From assembly GCA_964534175.1 (NCBI GenBank), contig CAZHNS010000008.1, positions 8,779 through 72,778 of the forward strand: a stretch of DNA of 64,000 bases, given 5' to 3'. This document shows, piece after piece, positions 39,321 to 48,331 of the stretch. Made by a program: the position numbers and the translations under genes. The first letter of the stretch is position 1; every line of letters starts with the position of its first letter. The notes under the pieces are model-generated. The model made no database searches, was not told where the DNA came from, and worked only from the letters and a program-made list of their open reading frames with translations. This DNA is from an uncultured bacterium. Lineage in GTDB: Bacteria; Hydrothermota; UBA3072.

Positions 39321-41843
39321 ATGAAGAAGCTATTTATATTTATTATTTTAAGTATGTTTGTGTTAATCCCGATAGGATTGCTTGCCCAAGATGCCCTTTA
39401 CGGGTTAAGTGGAGATGTCGCATTAGACGGCAGCACTTTTATTCTCCTTTTGTGGTCTCATGAAGAAAACGTTGCAGGATACAATCTGTATAGAAAGGAA
39501 AGTGCTACGGGTAAGTTTCCGGATGAACCCCTAAATCCTAAGCCTCTTGTGCCGTGGAGTGATTGTAATCGCATTAAAAGTATTATTCCCTATGGTTCCG
39601 AGGAATGGAATGCGATTTCAACTGCTCTTTCAAAACCTGTAGAGAAAAAAGAAGAAAAGGAAATGCTAAAGGGAATTAAAGGAAGTTTTATAGATGAGAG
39701 TATTATAAAAGAATCTTCCGTTGCTCCGAGCAAAAAAACTGTTCCCTATTCTGCTTCTACCGTAGAAGTAGATAAGACTAAGATTGAAAGTGAAGTTAGT
39801 TCTTCGAAAATTTATAAAGACGTTTCAAAAGCCTCGGTATTAAGGACGGAAGCGGTAAAAGCCTCAGTATTAGAGGGAATTAATAAGGAAATGTTAGAGT
39901 TGAATTTTATATATTTTAATCCTTGTAATATCTCCGAAGTTTCCGATACAACTAAAGACTTCGAAGCGTTACAGGCACTGGCGAATGCTTATTGGAGGAT
40001 CGCTCTTGTTATGGGATGGGCTTTTGTTGATGATGATGTTGTAAACGGAACTACTTATTATTATGAATTAAGAGCAGTGGATAAAAATAATACGGAAAGA
40101 GTTTTGGGTAACGCTCAGATAACTGCCGGTTCTCCTATTACTCTGCCGGCTCCTTCTAATGTAATGGCAGAACCTGGGGATCATTCGGTTTTGTTGAAAT
40201 GGGATGAGATGGATCATGCATTTTCGTTTGAAGTGTTTAGGTCAAATATTCCAAATCCGATGATAATCGGAAAGAGAGTGAATGCTGCCTTGATTCCCGC
40301 GCAGTGCAGCACTGCTACTGGTTTTGTAAATTGTTTTGAAGATTATCTTCATACGGATGATAATGGTTACCCGATAAAACATCTGGTAGAGAATGATTCT
40401 ATAGGTGGTCCGTTTGTTGGTACTAATTATTATTATAGAGTCAGAGCTCTTGATCTTTTGGGTAGGAAAGGTTCTTTTTCTTCTCCTGAAAGCGGATCAC
40501 CATACGATTCGACAAATCCGGCGGTCCCTCGAGATATTACTGTCGTTCCTCGCGGTGATAGTTTGCAGATAAAGTGGTTTAAAGTTACGCGTGATGTTGT
40601 TGGTCGTATAGATGGCATTCAGAATTATACTGTTTACAGGGGTGATTCCGTAGGGGATCCTTCACCTATAAGTATTGGAACTACAGGACAGGTAAGCCCC
40701 GATTCTTCTTATGTGTATTTTATGTATAGCGCAAGTGATCTTCGACCTGCGTTTGGAGAGAAAGTTTTCTGGTATAGGATAAAGGCGACCGATGTATACG
40801 GCAATTCGGGACGTCTGTCTTCTCCTGTGGCCGGATATATGTCGGATACAAATCCGCCCGATCCGCCAGTTAATTTAACTGCGGAAGGTTTCGAGGAGTA
40901 TATAAAGCTTGAATGGGATAAAAATACGGAACCGGACATGGGAGGTTATAATGTATATAGAGGAGTATGCGGGTGGGATAGTATTTGCAGAAAGGGACAT
41001 GAAGAGAGAGAATGTCTCGAATGGGAGTATATTCCCTACCCGATGTTTCTTATTGGTAATATAGACGATAAAGATTCTACAGTTTATGAGGATAGAGGTG
41101 TCCCTTTGACATCTCCAATATGTTACAGGTATTCAATAAAGGCTTTTGATATGACACAAAACGCGAGTGACACAAGCAGGACTGTATGTCAGAGATTAAG
41201 AGAAAAAACACCTCCTCATCCACCGGTTATTTCAGGGCTTAAGGCTCGCGATGGGGCAATAAAAGTTGAATGGGTCGCTCCGCCGGTTCAGGATCTTTTT
41301 GGTTTTATTGTTGAGAGAGCTGATGATACAACTGGTCCGTGGAAAGGAATAAGCGATGAGCTAAAGTTTCCCGAGGTTGTCGAATGTGAAGATATACCTG
41401 TGACAAATGCATGGGCTGCAGATTCGATTTTTTCTTTTCTTGATACGACTGTACTTGCACAGAAGATTTACTATTATAGAGTTAAAGGAGCAGATTGCGG
41501 AGGAAATATCGGAGAAGCTTCTGCCTACGTTGAAACGTACACTTTTGATTTTAGCGGCCCACCCACACCGACCAATGTAACGGTAAACCCAGTGTCGGGA
41601 GAATGCGCTCTTAAGATTGAATGGGAGCCTAATTTTGACGCTGAGAATTTTGGATTTGTTGTTTTTCGTAGCGTATCTTCTGACAAAGGATATTTGCAGA
41701 TGAGTCCTGTAATAGAGGGTAATGAGTTCATAGATAGAAAGATTACAGCAGGTAAGCAATACTACTACAGGATACAATACTTTGGCAAAGATGGAAGTTC
41801 TTCATCATTGTCTACTCCCGTAAGTGGGACGGTTACACCTTAA
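39321..41843 (+). CDS. Secreted multi-Fn3-domain protein (second gene of the operon)
   Basis: The ORF track start is 39285 (overlaps the previous stop). ATG at 39321 gives signal MKKLFIFIILSMFVLIPIGLLAQD. At least four Fn3-like units (VLLKWDEMDHAFSFEVFRS, IKLEWDKNTEPDMGGYNVYRG, IKVEWVAPPVQDLFGFIVERADD, LKIEWEPNFDAENFGFVVFRS). Confidence 0.55.
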   Translation: MKKLFIFIILSMFVLIPIGLLAQDALYGLSGDVALDGSTFILLLWSHEENVAGYNLYRKESATGKFPDEPLNPKPLVPWSDCNRIKSIIPYGSEEWNAISTALSKPVEKKEEKEMLKGIKGSFIDESIIKESSVAPSKKTVPYSASTVEVDKTKIESEVSSSKIYKDVSKASVLRTEAVKASVLEGINKEMLELNFIYFNPCNISEVSDTTKDFEALQALANAYWRIALVMGWAFVDDDVVNGTTYYYELRAVDKNNTERVLGNAQITAGSPITLPAPSNVMAEPGDHSVLLKWDEMDHAFSFEVFRSNIPNPMIIGKRVNAALIPAQCSTATGFVNCFEDYLHTDDNGYPIKHLVENDSIGGPFVGTNYYYRVRALDLLGRKGSFSSPESGSPYDSTNPAVPRDITVVPRGDSLQIKWFKVTRDVVGRIDGIQNYTVYRGDSVGDPSPISIGTTGQVSPDSSYVYFMYSASDLRPAFGEKVFWYRIKATDVYGNSGRLSSPVAGYMSDTNPPDPPVNLTAEGFEEYIKLEWDKNTEPDMGGYNVYRGVCGWDSICRKGHEERECLEWEYIPYPMFLIGNIDDKDSTVYEDRGVPLTSPICYRYSIKAFDMTQNASDTSRTVCQRLREKTPPHPPVISGLKARDGAIKVEWVAPPVQDLFGFIVERADDTTGPWKGISDELKFPEVVECEDIPVTNAWAADSIFSFLDTTVLAQKIYYYRVKGADCGGNIGEASAYVETYTFDFSGPPTPTNVTVNPVSGECALKIEWEPNFDAENFGFVVFRSVSSDKGYLQMSPVIEGNEFIDRKITAGKQYYYRIQYFGKDGSSSSLSTPVSGTVTP

Positions 41844-41854
41844 AGGGGGTAAAG

Positions 41855-43402
41855 ATGGGAAGAGTTAAGTTTGTTTTTATATTGGTACTTTTAGTAATTT
41901 GTTTTTACCCATGTTATGGTGAAGAGCACTATGCAAAGGTAAACGGATGGGATTTTTGTAACTGGGATGTAGGTGGAACTAGATGGGATATTTTTCAGCA
42001 GAGTTTTATAGGTATTAGTGAAAATGATGCTCTTGATCAACTTCTTTACAGTACACTTTACTATAAGCTTGTTAAGAGTTATATATGTTTTGGAATGTGC
42101 CTTACGGCTACCACTATACTAAAGGAAGAAGGGCATCTTGGTTTTTGTAAACCTGTCTACAGGTATCCGGGAGATAATGTTGAACCGTACACAGGTCCTA
42201 CGGATACTTTACTTGCAAAAGCAATAATGATTATGCAGGCTCATCAGGCCAGTCAGGCAATGATTGGTTGTTTTGCTGAGAGGTCAGCTACAGGAGAGAT
42301 TAAGGATGCTATGGCTGCATATAACGATGTTGAATATTATCTTGCGGCAAATGACCCCCCTCTTATTACTGTTATAGCCGGAACGGGAAGCGGGCATGCC
42401 TTAATAGCTTATGGTACTGAAGAGGTGTCAAACAATCAATGGAAAATTTACATTTATGATCCAAATAGATCTTATAGAGCTTTTAAACGGTACTATGATA
42501 TGGATAGCAATTATATAAAGATAGAAACGACAAGTAATCCTAGTGGATATAAATGGTCTTTCAAGAGGGATCCGAGGAAAAGTAATGTTCTCTGGGAAGG
42601 AGATATGAGCGCAACCAGTGATGGTTTTATATTTGCGTATCCATCTTCTATGGTGATTCCTCCTTCTACTAACCCTTTTAAATCCTTGGGTGAAAATTTG
42701 ACTACTGCATTTTTTGCAGGAGATGGTGGTTATATTGCTCAGATTACCGATGAGGAAGGTAAAAAATTCTATAAAACTGATACTAAAAAGCATGAATCTT
42801 TATCAGATATTGAAGCTGATCCTGGTAAGAAAATGGCTAATACGATAAGGTTTCCTTTGATTACTGATGATCCCGGCAAACAGCCCGAAGTTTACTTTGT
42901 GAGGAATGCCGAGAGTGGAGATTTGAATATTGATGTTGTCAGCAAAGGGAAAGGGTATGAGTTGTATATTGCCGGTGGAGGAAATTTTGTGAAAATTAAG
43001 GCTGAAGATAGTCCTGCAGGGAAAGATAAACTTGTATTAAAAAGTCTGGGTACATCAAAAGAAGAAGTTCAACTTTTCAGTAAAAGGGCTTCGGTAGATT
43101 TCAATGTAGAGCTTTACCGTTCTTTAGGCGAAGAAAAGAAATCCAGGACGTTTAAACTTTCTAATATGAAGGTAAGAAAAGATTCACCCATTCAACTTCG
43201 ACTTGCGGAAAACCAAAAGGGGATACTTCTTAGAAGCGGAAAGGACAAGTTTAGTTTTGACCTTGAAATAGAAGAGAGGGAAGGGAAGAAAGTTGATAAG
43301 ATTTCAAAAAAAGGTTTGGCTCTTGAATCTAAGGCCTGGCAATCAGTTGTGCCGAGTAACTGGAAAAAGCTTAAGGATGCTGAGATTAAGGTAAGAAAGT
43401 AA
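41855..43402 (+). CDS. Secreted papain-like (C39/C1-fold) cysteine peptidase-like protein with C-terminal beta-rich extension (third gene of the operon)
   Basis: Signal MGRVKFVFILVLLVICFYPCYG. Candidate catalytic Cys in YICFGMCLTATT. His in GSGHALIAYGTEE, ~110 aa later. Asn/Asp in NNQWKIYIYDPN 20-25 aa further. Order and spacing match a papain-like Cys-His-Asn/Asp triad. Confidence 0.45.
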   Translation: MGRVKFVFILVLLVICFYPCYGEEHYAKVNGWDFCNWDVGGTRWDIFQQSFIGISENDALDQLLYSTLYYKLVKSYICFGMCLTATTILKEEGHLGFCKPVYRYPGDNVEPYTGPTDTLLAKAIMIMQAHQASQAMIGCFAERSATGEIKDAMAAYNDVEYYLAANDPPLITVIAGTGSGHALIAYGTEEVSNNQWKIYIYDPNRSYRAFKRYYDMDSNYIKIETTSNPSGYKWSFKRDPRKSNVLWEGDMSATSDGFIFAYPSSMVIPPSTNPFKSLGENLTTAFFAGDGGYIAQITDEEGKKFYKTDTKKHESLSDIEADPGKKMANTIRFPLITDDPGKQPEVYFVRNAESGDLNIDVVSKGKGYELYIAGGGNFVKIKAEDSPAGKDKLVLKSLGTSKEEVQLFSKRASVDFNVELYRSLGEEKKSRTFKLSNMKVRKDSPIQLRLAENQKGILLRSGKDKFSFDLEIEEREGKKVDKISKKGLALESKAWQSVVPSNWKKLKDAEIKVRK

Positions 43403-43550
43403 TATTACTATTAGAATAGATTCTATTGATGCGACTTGAATGGTTGAGTTGAAAAAGTAGAAAACATTGGTTAACGTAAGTGTTGTATGGTCGGTTGACT
43501 TTCGAGTGAGTTTTAAGTATCCTTAAAGGAATAGGTGGAGGTGTAATCAT

Positions 43551-45965
43551 ATGTTTAAGATTCGTCCACCCTTACAAAGTTTAAGAGTGTTAAAGTCTTA
43601 CTGTACAAGAGAAGTATATCGGAATAATTTAACATCCTCAATTTACTTCAGATATAACGTCAGAAAGTTTTTAAAAATTCCAGGCAGGTTTTTTATAGCA
43701 GTTATCATTGTGTTTTTAATTGTAGGACTTAAGGCAATAGATGCATTAGCTTATGTAGACGCATTTTATGAAGGTTCCGCTACCCCAGGTCTTCACGAAA
43801 CAGAAAAAGAACGATGGGGATTCAGAGAACTTGCTGAAGGAAATCTTATATCAATATTCTATGCCAGAGGACCATCTGGTTGGGGTTCTGAACCGGAAGC
43901 TCTGGAATGGTTAGCTGACAACGGAGTTGATATACTTTATCAGATATGGTTCAGGCATGAGAATAACTATAATATTCTGGATATATTTTATAATTATGAG
44001 TCCTGTCGGGATACTGTAGAGGCAAGTATCGACTTTCACTTTGACTCGCTTGATCCAAATAAAATCTGGGCTGTTCGATTGGGTGATGAGGAGCCTGCGG
44101 GTGGCGGATATCGTTGGGGTTTAATAGAAGACCCACTGCCAGAAGGTATTGCAAAATATGGCAGTATTTATTACGAGGACACTGGTGATAGTCTTAAGCC
44201 TCTCCAATTTATGAACCATTCTGAACATCAAAGATTTTTCGAGTGGGCGAATGAAAGAGATACATGGGTGCTGAATTGGATCTATGGTAATGTAAAGGAG
44301 AAATGGCCACACCTGGAAGTTTTTCAGAACGTTTTCGCAAGGCCGTTGGATTGGGCATACGCTGAACCATATTTACTTAATGCAGATGGCTTCATGTATG
44401 ACCATTATACAACACATATAGATGGATTCTGGGATGTGTATAATACTGTGCGTTATTATAAGACAGTATTTCCGGACACACCATTTCATATGTTGCTATG
44501 GGGCATGTCCTCTATACCGGTCAAAGAGTCTGAGGCGCCTGTAGATCGGGTTGTATTCAAGAAAATGGCCTGGGCATCCTATCTTGGTGGTGCAGAAGGA
44601 ATTGGTTGGTTTCAGGGAGATTCTTCAGGGTTGATGTACTGGCAGACAACCCAGGAGTGGGCGTTGGAGGATTTTGATTATCTTAACTCTATTAATAAGG
44701 ATTTGATGGGAATGACCGAATTCGCTCCGGAACCAAGAATATTGGTGATCGGACTGCTCCCTTCCGGGCTTTACAGGATAGGTTTATTCAAGGAATATGA
44801 CACCGTGAGCGAGGATTTTTTGGCTATGCGTGATTTTGAGCTTACGCAATATGATATAATATTTGTGTTTGGAGAGGTGCATTATAATGAAGTCGTGGTG
44901 AAATTGAATGATTATGTAAGCATGGGTGGCAATTTGGCGCTTGTCACGACTTTGTTGCCTGAAAACCCAGAAATCGAGTATGGACATAGAGATGGTAAAT
45001 TTTTATTCGAAGAGTGCGGATATCGAACCGAATATGGTCTTTCAGGAATAGTAACAATCGAGGTGGAGAAACCGAATACGTTGGATTTAGAGTTCAGTTA
45101 CGTTGATTCTTCTTTTCAATCGACAACTTTTAAGGTTACACAGAATCCCGACTATTTCGAGCCGATTGGTAAGTATTACCTCGGTGGTGTGGAATATACG
45201 GAAGGGTACCCAAGCTTTCTCTATCGAGAAGATCCGGACCATGGGTGGATATTTTATAATGGATATGTTCGATACAGTCATTCTCATGAGCAAGCAATGC
45301 TTATATGGAATACGTTCTTCAGAGCATTTGCTTTGAATCTTTTAGATAAACCAGAATGTATTTCTACTGAAGAGCAAGAGGGCACACTAATAACGCCCGG
45401 AGTGATGGGAGAAGGCGAGTTGTTAGTTGGCATGGTTAATGACACAGTGGCTAAGAGTTTTACATACACCTTAAGTCTTGATCGCTTTGGATTTTCGGAT
45501 GGAACTTACTTTGTGTATTTTTGGGATGGTATGCAGTCCTATGGGGAATTCACATCAAGTGAGGGAAATTTATCTTTTCCCGTGGATTTACTCGCCAATG
45601 ATGTTAAGCTATTTCTTGTCTCTGATCATCTAGTCGGGATCGTTATCGATGATGTAACAGAAGGGGGGTTTTCTCTATTCCAGAACTATCCGAACCCATT
45701 TCATTCAGGTACTTGGATTCCGTATTCCATAGGAAATATTGATAAGGAGGAGAGAGTATTAATAAGGATATACGATATTGCTGGACGAATGGTGCGTGAG
45801 TTAGATTTGGGTAAACAAGGATCAGGTAGGTACGTCTCTAAGGATGAGGCAGCATACTGGGATGGTAGAAATTCGTATTATAGAAAAATAGCAAGTGGAA
45901 TATATTTCTATCGATTGATAGTAGGGAACCAAAGCCGTACGCGCAAAATGATCCTTTTGCGATAG
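43551..45965 (+). CDS. Large secreted protein with T9SS-type (FlgD-Ig-like) C-terminal sorting domain (fourth gene of the operon)
   Basis: AGGTGGAGG RBS precedes the ATG. Hydrophobic anchor FFIAVIIVFLIVGLKAIDALA. C-terminus FQNYPNPFHSGTWIPYSIGN...IRIYDIAGRMVRELDLG...WDGRN...SGIYFYRLIVGN...KMILLR is a canonical Por-secretion CTD. Confidence 0.6.
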   Translation: MFKIRPPLQSLRVLKSYCTREVYRNNLTSSIYFRYNVRKFLKIPGRFFIAVIIVFLIVGLKAIDALAYVDAFYEGSATPGLHETEKERWGFRELAEGNLISIFYARGPSGWGSEPEALEWLADNGVDILYQIWFRHENNYNILDIFYNYESCRDTVEASIDFHFDSLDPNKIWAVRLGDEEPAGGGYRWGLIEDPLPEGIAKYGSIYYEDTGDSLKPLQFMNHSEHQRFFEWANERDTWVLNWIYGNVKEKWPHLEVFQNVFARPLDWAYAEPYLLNADGFMYDHYTTHIDGFWDVYNTVRYYKTVFPDTPFHMLLWGMSSIPVKESEAPVDRVVFKKMAWASYLGGAEGIGWFQGDSSGLMYWQTTQEWALEDFDYLNSINKDLMGMTEFAPEPRILVIGLLPSGLYRIGLFKEYDTVSEDFLAMRDFELTQYDIIFVFGEVHYNEVVVKLNDYVSMGGNLALVTTLLPENPEIEYGHRDGKFLFEECGYRTEYGLSGIVTIEVEKPNTLDLEFSYVDSSFQSTTFKVTQNPDYFEPIGKYYLGGVEYTEGYPSFLYREDPDHGWIFYNGYVRYSHSHEQAMLIWNTFFRAFALNLLDKPECISTEEQEGTLITPGVMGEGELLVGMVNDTVAKSFTYTLSLDRFGFSDGTYFVYFWDGMQSYGEFTSSEGNLSFPVDLLANDVKLFLVSDHLVGIVIDDVTEGGFSLFQNYPNPFHSGTWIPYSIGNIDKEERVLIRIYDIAGRMVRELDLGKQGSGRYVSKDEAAYWDGRNSYYRKIASGIYFYRLIVGNQSRTRKMILLR

Positions 45966-45997
45966 AGGTGGGGAAAAAGGTAGAAGATTTTAAATTA

Positions 45998-46026
45998 TTG
46001 ACTTTTGGTCTAATTTTCCTTATACT
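45998..46026 (+). promoter_or_regulatory. Textbook sigma70-like promoter for a small membrane-protein gene
   Basis: TTGACT (45998-46003), 17-nt spacer, TATACT (46021-46026). GGGAGG RBS at 46041. ATG at 46053. Confidence 0.5.
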
Positions 46027-46052
46027 TTTTTAAACAAAACGGGAGGTATTTT

Positions 46053-46226
46053 ATGCCGGAAGAAAAAGAAGGAGTGTTTCCGACTTTTGCGGTGATTGTT
46101 TTACTTATAGGAATCTTTTGGCTTTTAAATGAATTAAATGTTTTAAAAGCGAATGTGCCCTGGGTTCCTATAGTAATAATTGTCGTAGCCTTAGGTTGGC
46201 TTGTAGATCATTTTGTAGGTAAATAA
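46053..46226 (+). CDS. Small (57 aa) two-helix membrane protein, absent from the ORF track
   Basis: MPEEKEGVFPTFAVIVLLIGIFWLLNELNVLKANVPWVPIVIIVVALGWLVDHFVGK. Strong RBS and promoter. Two hydrophobic helices. Followed by a 13-bp-stem hairpin. Confidence 0.5.
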   Translation: MPEEKEGVFPTFAVIVLLIGIFWLLNELNVLKANVPWVPIVIIVVALGWLVDHFVGK

Positions 46227-46241
46227 CCCTTGATAATATAA

Positions 46242-46268
46242 GGTTGCCCCGATTAAATCGGGGCAACC
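46242..46268. terminator. Shared stem-loop between convergent small-ORF (+) and dps-like (-) genes
   Basis: GGTTGCCCCGATT a AATCGGGGCAACC: perfect 13-bp inverted repeat. The flanking T-runs are weak, so the terminator call is tentative. Confidence 0.4.
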
Positions 46269-46282
46269 TCAGAGGGGGTAAC

Positions 46283-46831
46283 TTACTTTAAAAACTTCGA
46301 GACAAACGGGGAGGTATCTCCGCGACGTAAGAAGTGTCCCGATGGTCCTTCTCCCAAAAATTCAGAAAACCATGATTCATGCTCGATTTCTTCGTTAAGG
46401 ATAGCAAGAGCAAGGTCATAAGTTCTATGATCCTTGCCCGCTGTCATGTGACAGATTTCTGTGTACCCTCTCACCGCACAACGCTCTGCCTCCACTAGCA
46501 CTTTTAATATCGCTTTTGCATCTGGTTTTTTGGGTAGAGATGCAGGCGGACAGGCAGACAAGTCGTGAAATTCTTTCATGCTACCCGGCAACTCGCCCCC
46601 AAGTTCGTAAATCCTGGGCATCAAGGCTTCAAAATGATTGCGGTCTTCGATTCTTGCGGTTTCCGCAATCTCTTTTATACCTTCACCTTCCAGCCCAATT
46701 AAATTTGCCCTAAGTATCGTGTAGTAGTAATAAGTCGTTAATTCCGCCGATGCGTTTTTTACCAATAACTTTAATAACTTGTCCAGATCTATTCCGGATT
46801 TTTTTACCATTTCAATTGCTACTTTTGCCAT
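46283..46831 (-). CDS. Ferritin-like Dps/DpsL-family protein (oxidative-stress iron-detoxification)
   Basis: Four-helix ferritin-like di-iron motifs (IEDRNHFEALMPRIYELGG; EAERCAVRGY...LNEEIEHESWFSEFL). AAGGAGGAAAAAA RBS. Confidence 0.7.
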   Translation of the reverse strand: MAKVAIEMVKKSGIDLDKLLKLLVKNASAELTTYYYYTILRANLIGLEGEGIKEIAETARIEDRNHFEALMPRIYELGGELPGSMKEFHDLSACPPASLPKKPDAKAILKVLVEAERCAVRGYTEICHMTAGKDHRTYDLALAILNEEIEHESWFSEFLGEGPSGHFLRRGDTSPFVSKFLK

Positions 46832-46934
46832 TTTTTCCTCCTTTTTTAAACGCTTTGTTTAAGTTAAAAATTTCTAATCATGATAGACATTGTTTACCGT
46901 TAATTAATTCACCTCATAATATTTCCTCCTTTCC

Positions 46935-46960
46935 TAATTATTACTATATAGTAATAATTA
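46935..46960. promoter_or_regulatory. 26-bp perfect palindrome (Fur/PerR-box-like) in the dps-like promoter region
   Basis: TAATTATTACTATATAGTAATAATTA, ~105 bp upstream of the dps-like ATG. Overlaps a candidate -10 (TTGTTA, 18 nt, TATATA on the minus strand). Confidence 0.55.
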
Positions 46961-46984
46961 TTAATACGTAACAAAAAATTTTTG

Positions 46985-47422
46985 CTACTTTCCGGTACAG
47001 TTTTTGCAAATTCCTTCAAGGACTACTCTTTTTTTAATAACGTTAAACTTGCCTTTGATTTCTTCAGGTATCTGCAGATTATTGTAGATGTCGCTGTGAA
47101 AATCAATTATATTTCCGCATTTTATACATCGGAAATGGTGATGTTCACGGGTGTCCGGATCAAAGCGTTTAGGTTCGCCGTATCCTTCTACTACATCTGC
47201 AATTCCTATTTCGAAAAAAGACAGAAGAGTTCTATATACAGTGTCGAAGGATATGTTGGGAAGATTCTTCCTCATTCGTTTGTACATCATGTCGGCTGAT
47301 GGGTGGTCTTTAGCTTTCAGCAGTTCTTTGTATATTCCGGCGCGTTGAGGAGTAATTTTTAGATTGTTTACCCTGCATTTTTTACTAAAAGACTCCATTG
47401 CGCAATCGGTATTTTTATCCAT
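46985..47422 (-). CDS. Fur-family transcriptional regulator (PerR-like)
   Basis: Winged-helix DNA-binding domain (RAGIYKELLKAKDHPSADMMYKRMRKNLPNISFDTVYRTL). Metal sites HHHFRCIKCG and CKNC. Confidence 0.85.
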   Translation of the reverse strand: MDKNTDCAMESFSKKCRVNNLKITPQRAGIYKELLKAKDHPSADMMYKRMRKNLPNISFDTVYRTLLSFFEIGIADVVEGYGEPKRFDPDTREHHHFRCIKCGNIIDFHSDIYNNLQIPEEIKGKFNVIKKRVVLEGICKNCTGK

Positions 47423-47433
47423 GCAATTATTAT

Positions 47434-47458
47434 ATAGTAATCATTACTATTTGTCAAG
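47434..47458 (-). promoter_or_regulatory. Auto-regulatory Fur/PerR box embedded in the fur promoter; the transcript is probably leaderless
   Basis: Minus strand reads TTGACA, then a 17-nt spacer containing the 8-1-8 palindrome ATAGTAATgATTACTAT, then TATAAT, then 6 nt, then ATG. No Shine-Dalgarno sequence. Confidence 0.5.
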
Positions 47459-47508
47459 GGGGTTCTTGTGATTAAAGAATTTTTAATTGCCCGGGTTGAT
47501 TGATAGGC

Positions 47509-48159
47509 TTAGAGTATTTCCTCCCCGAAGTAGTCGACCCTAAAGATGTATCCTTCGGCATCAGTGCGGAATTCGACGGCTCCGTTTCCGGCTTCATTGC
47601 TAAATGTAAATCCGTATCTTATATTGGTGAAATAGTTGTTTACTTCGACTGCAACTGTATCGTTAACAGGGTCGCGGAATATAGCGAAAAAAACGTCTCC
47701 CGAGTCTGCGACGATATCTGCGGTATAGTCAATACTTCCTGTTGTTGTATCGATAAAATGAACCATGTATGTGTTTTCGGTAACGTATTTTTCGTGTTCC
47801 ACAACAATTCCTTTCATGCCGACTGCATATGCTCTTGATCCTCCCGTGATCGGGTAGATGTAATGGACCCCTCCGGATTCCCATAACTCTAAAGAATAAC
47901 CATTTTCATCATAGAGAGTTATATTTTCGTTGGGCGGTACTGTTTTTATTTCTTCGTCTTCCCCGGATGCCTTTCTAAAAATGATAATGAGTAAACCGCT
48001 GGAGTCTTCAGCGACGTCCAGATTGTCACCATTGAAGTAGTATATCTCATAATCGGATATATCCGGCCCAGTAGAACCACTGCAGAAGGTTAGCAGAAGG
48101 GATAATAAGAGGAGTGCTACCCACAGTTTGCCGACTAAAAAGTAGCAATTTTTTCTCAT
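47509..48159 (-). CDS. Hypothetical lipoprotein, paralog A (conserved N-terminal domain, variable C-terminal ~70 aa)
   Basis: The ORF track start (48213) is a TTG. AGGAGGC RBS precedes ATG at 48159 (MRKNCYFLVGKLWVALLLLSLLLTFC, lipobox). The 5' half is near-identical at nucleotide level to paralog B. Confidence 0.65.
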   Translation of the reverse strand: MRKNCYFLVGKLWVALLLLSLLLTFCSGSTGPDISDYEIYYFNGDNLDVAEDSSGLLIIIFRKASGEDEEIKTVPPNENITLYDENGYSLELWESGGVHYIYPITGGSRAYAVGMKGIVVEHEKYVTENTYMVHFIDTTTGSIDYTADIVADSGDVFFAIFRDPVNDTVAVEVNNYFTNIRYGFTFSNEAGNGAVEFRTDAEGYIFRVDYFGEEIL

Positions 48160-48218
48160 TTTTGCCTCCTTTTGTTTGGTATTAAAATTTAATTGTTTTT
48201 TTGTATTAGTCAAGATTG
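47753..48218. repeat. ~466-bp near-perfect direct repeat, copy 1 (5' CDS half + RBS + promoter-proximal region of lipoprotein paralog A)
   Basis: Only 3 mismatches versus 50934-51399. Identity ends abruptly ~60 bp upstream of the start codon and decays to ~70% towards the 3' half of the CDS. Confidence 0.85.
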
Positions 48219-48331
48219 ATATTTCTGGGCATATCGATAGTTAGGCTATTCCTATATAAATCCCTTGACATAGTTTATATTGTTCTTATGATTTAAATTG
48301 TAACTATTTAAAGCAAAGGAGGATTTAGTAT

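Noticed and set aside
48160-48213. Long N-terminal extensions (MTNTKKQLNFNTKQKEAK-) of both lipoprotein paralogs in the ORF track
   Set aside because: The extended frames start at TTG. A perfect AGGAGG RBS sits 6 nt before the internal ATG that begins a canonical lipoprotein signal, so the short form was annotated.
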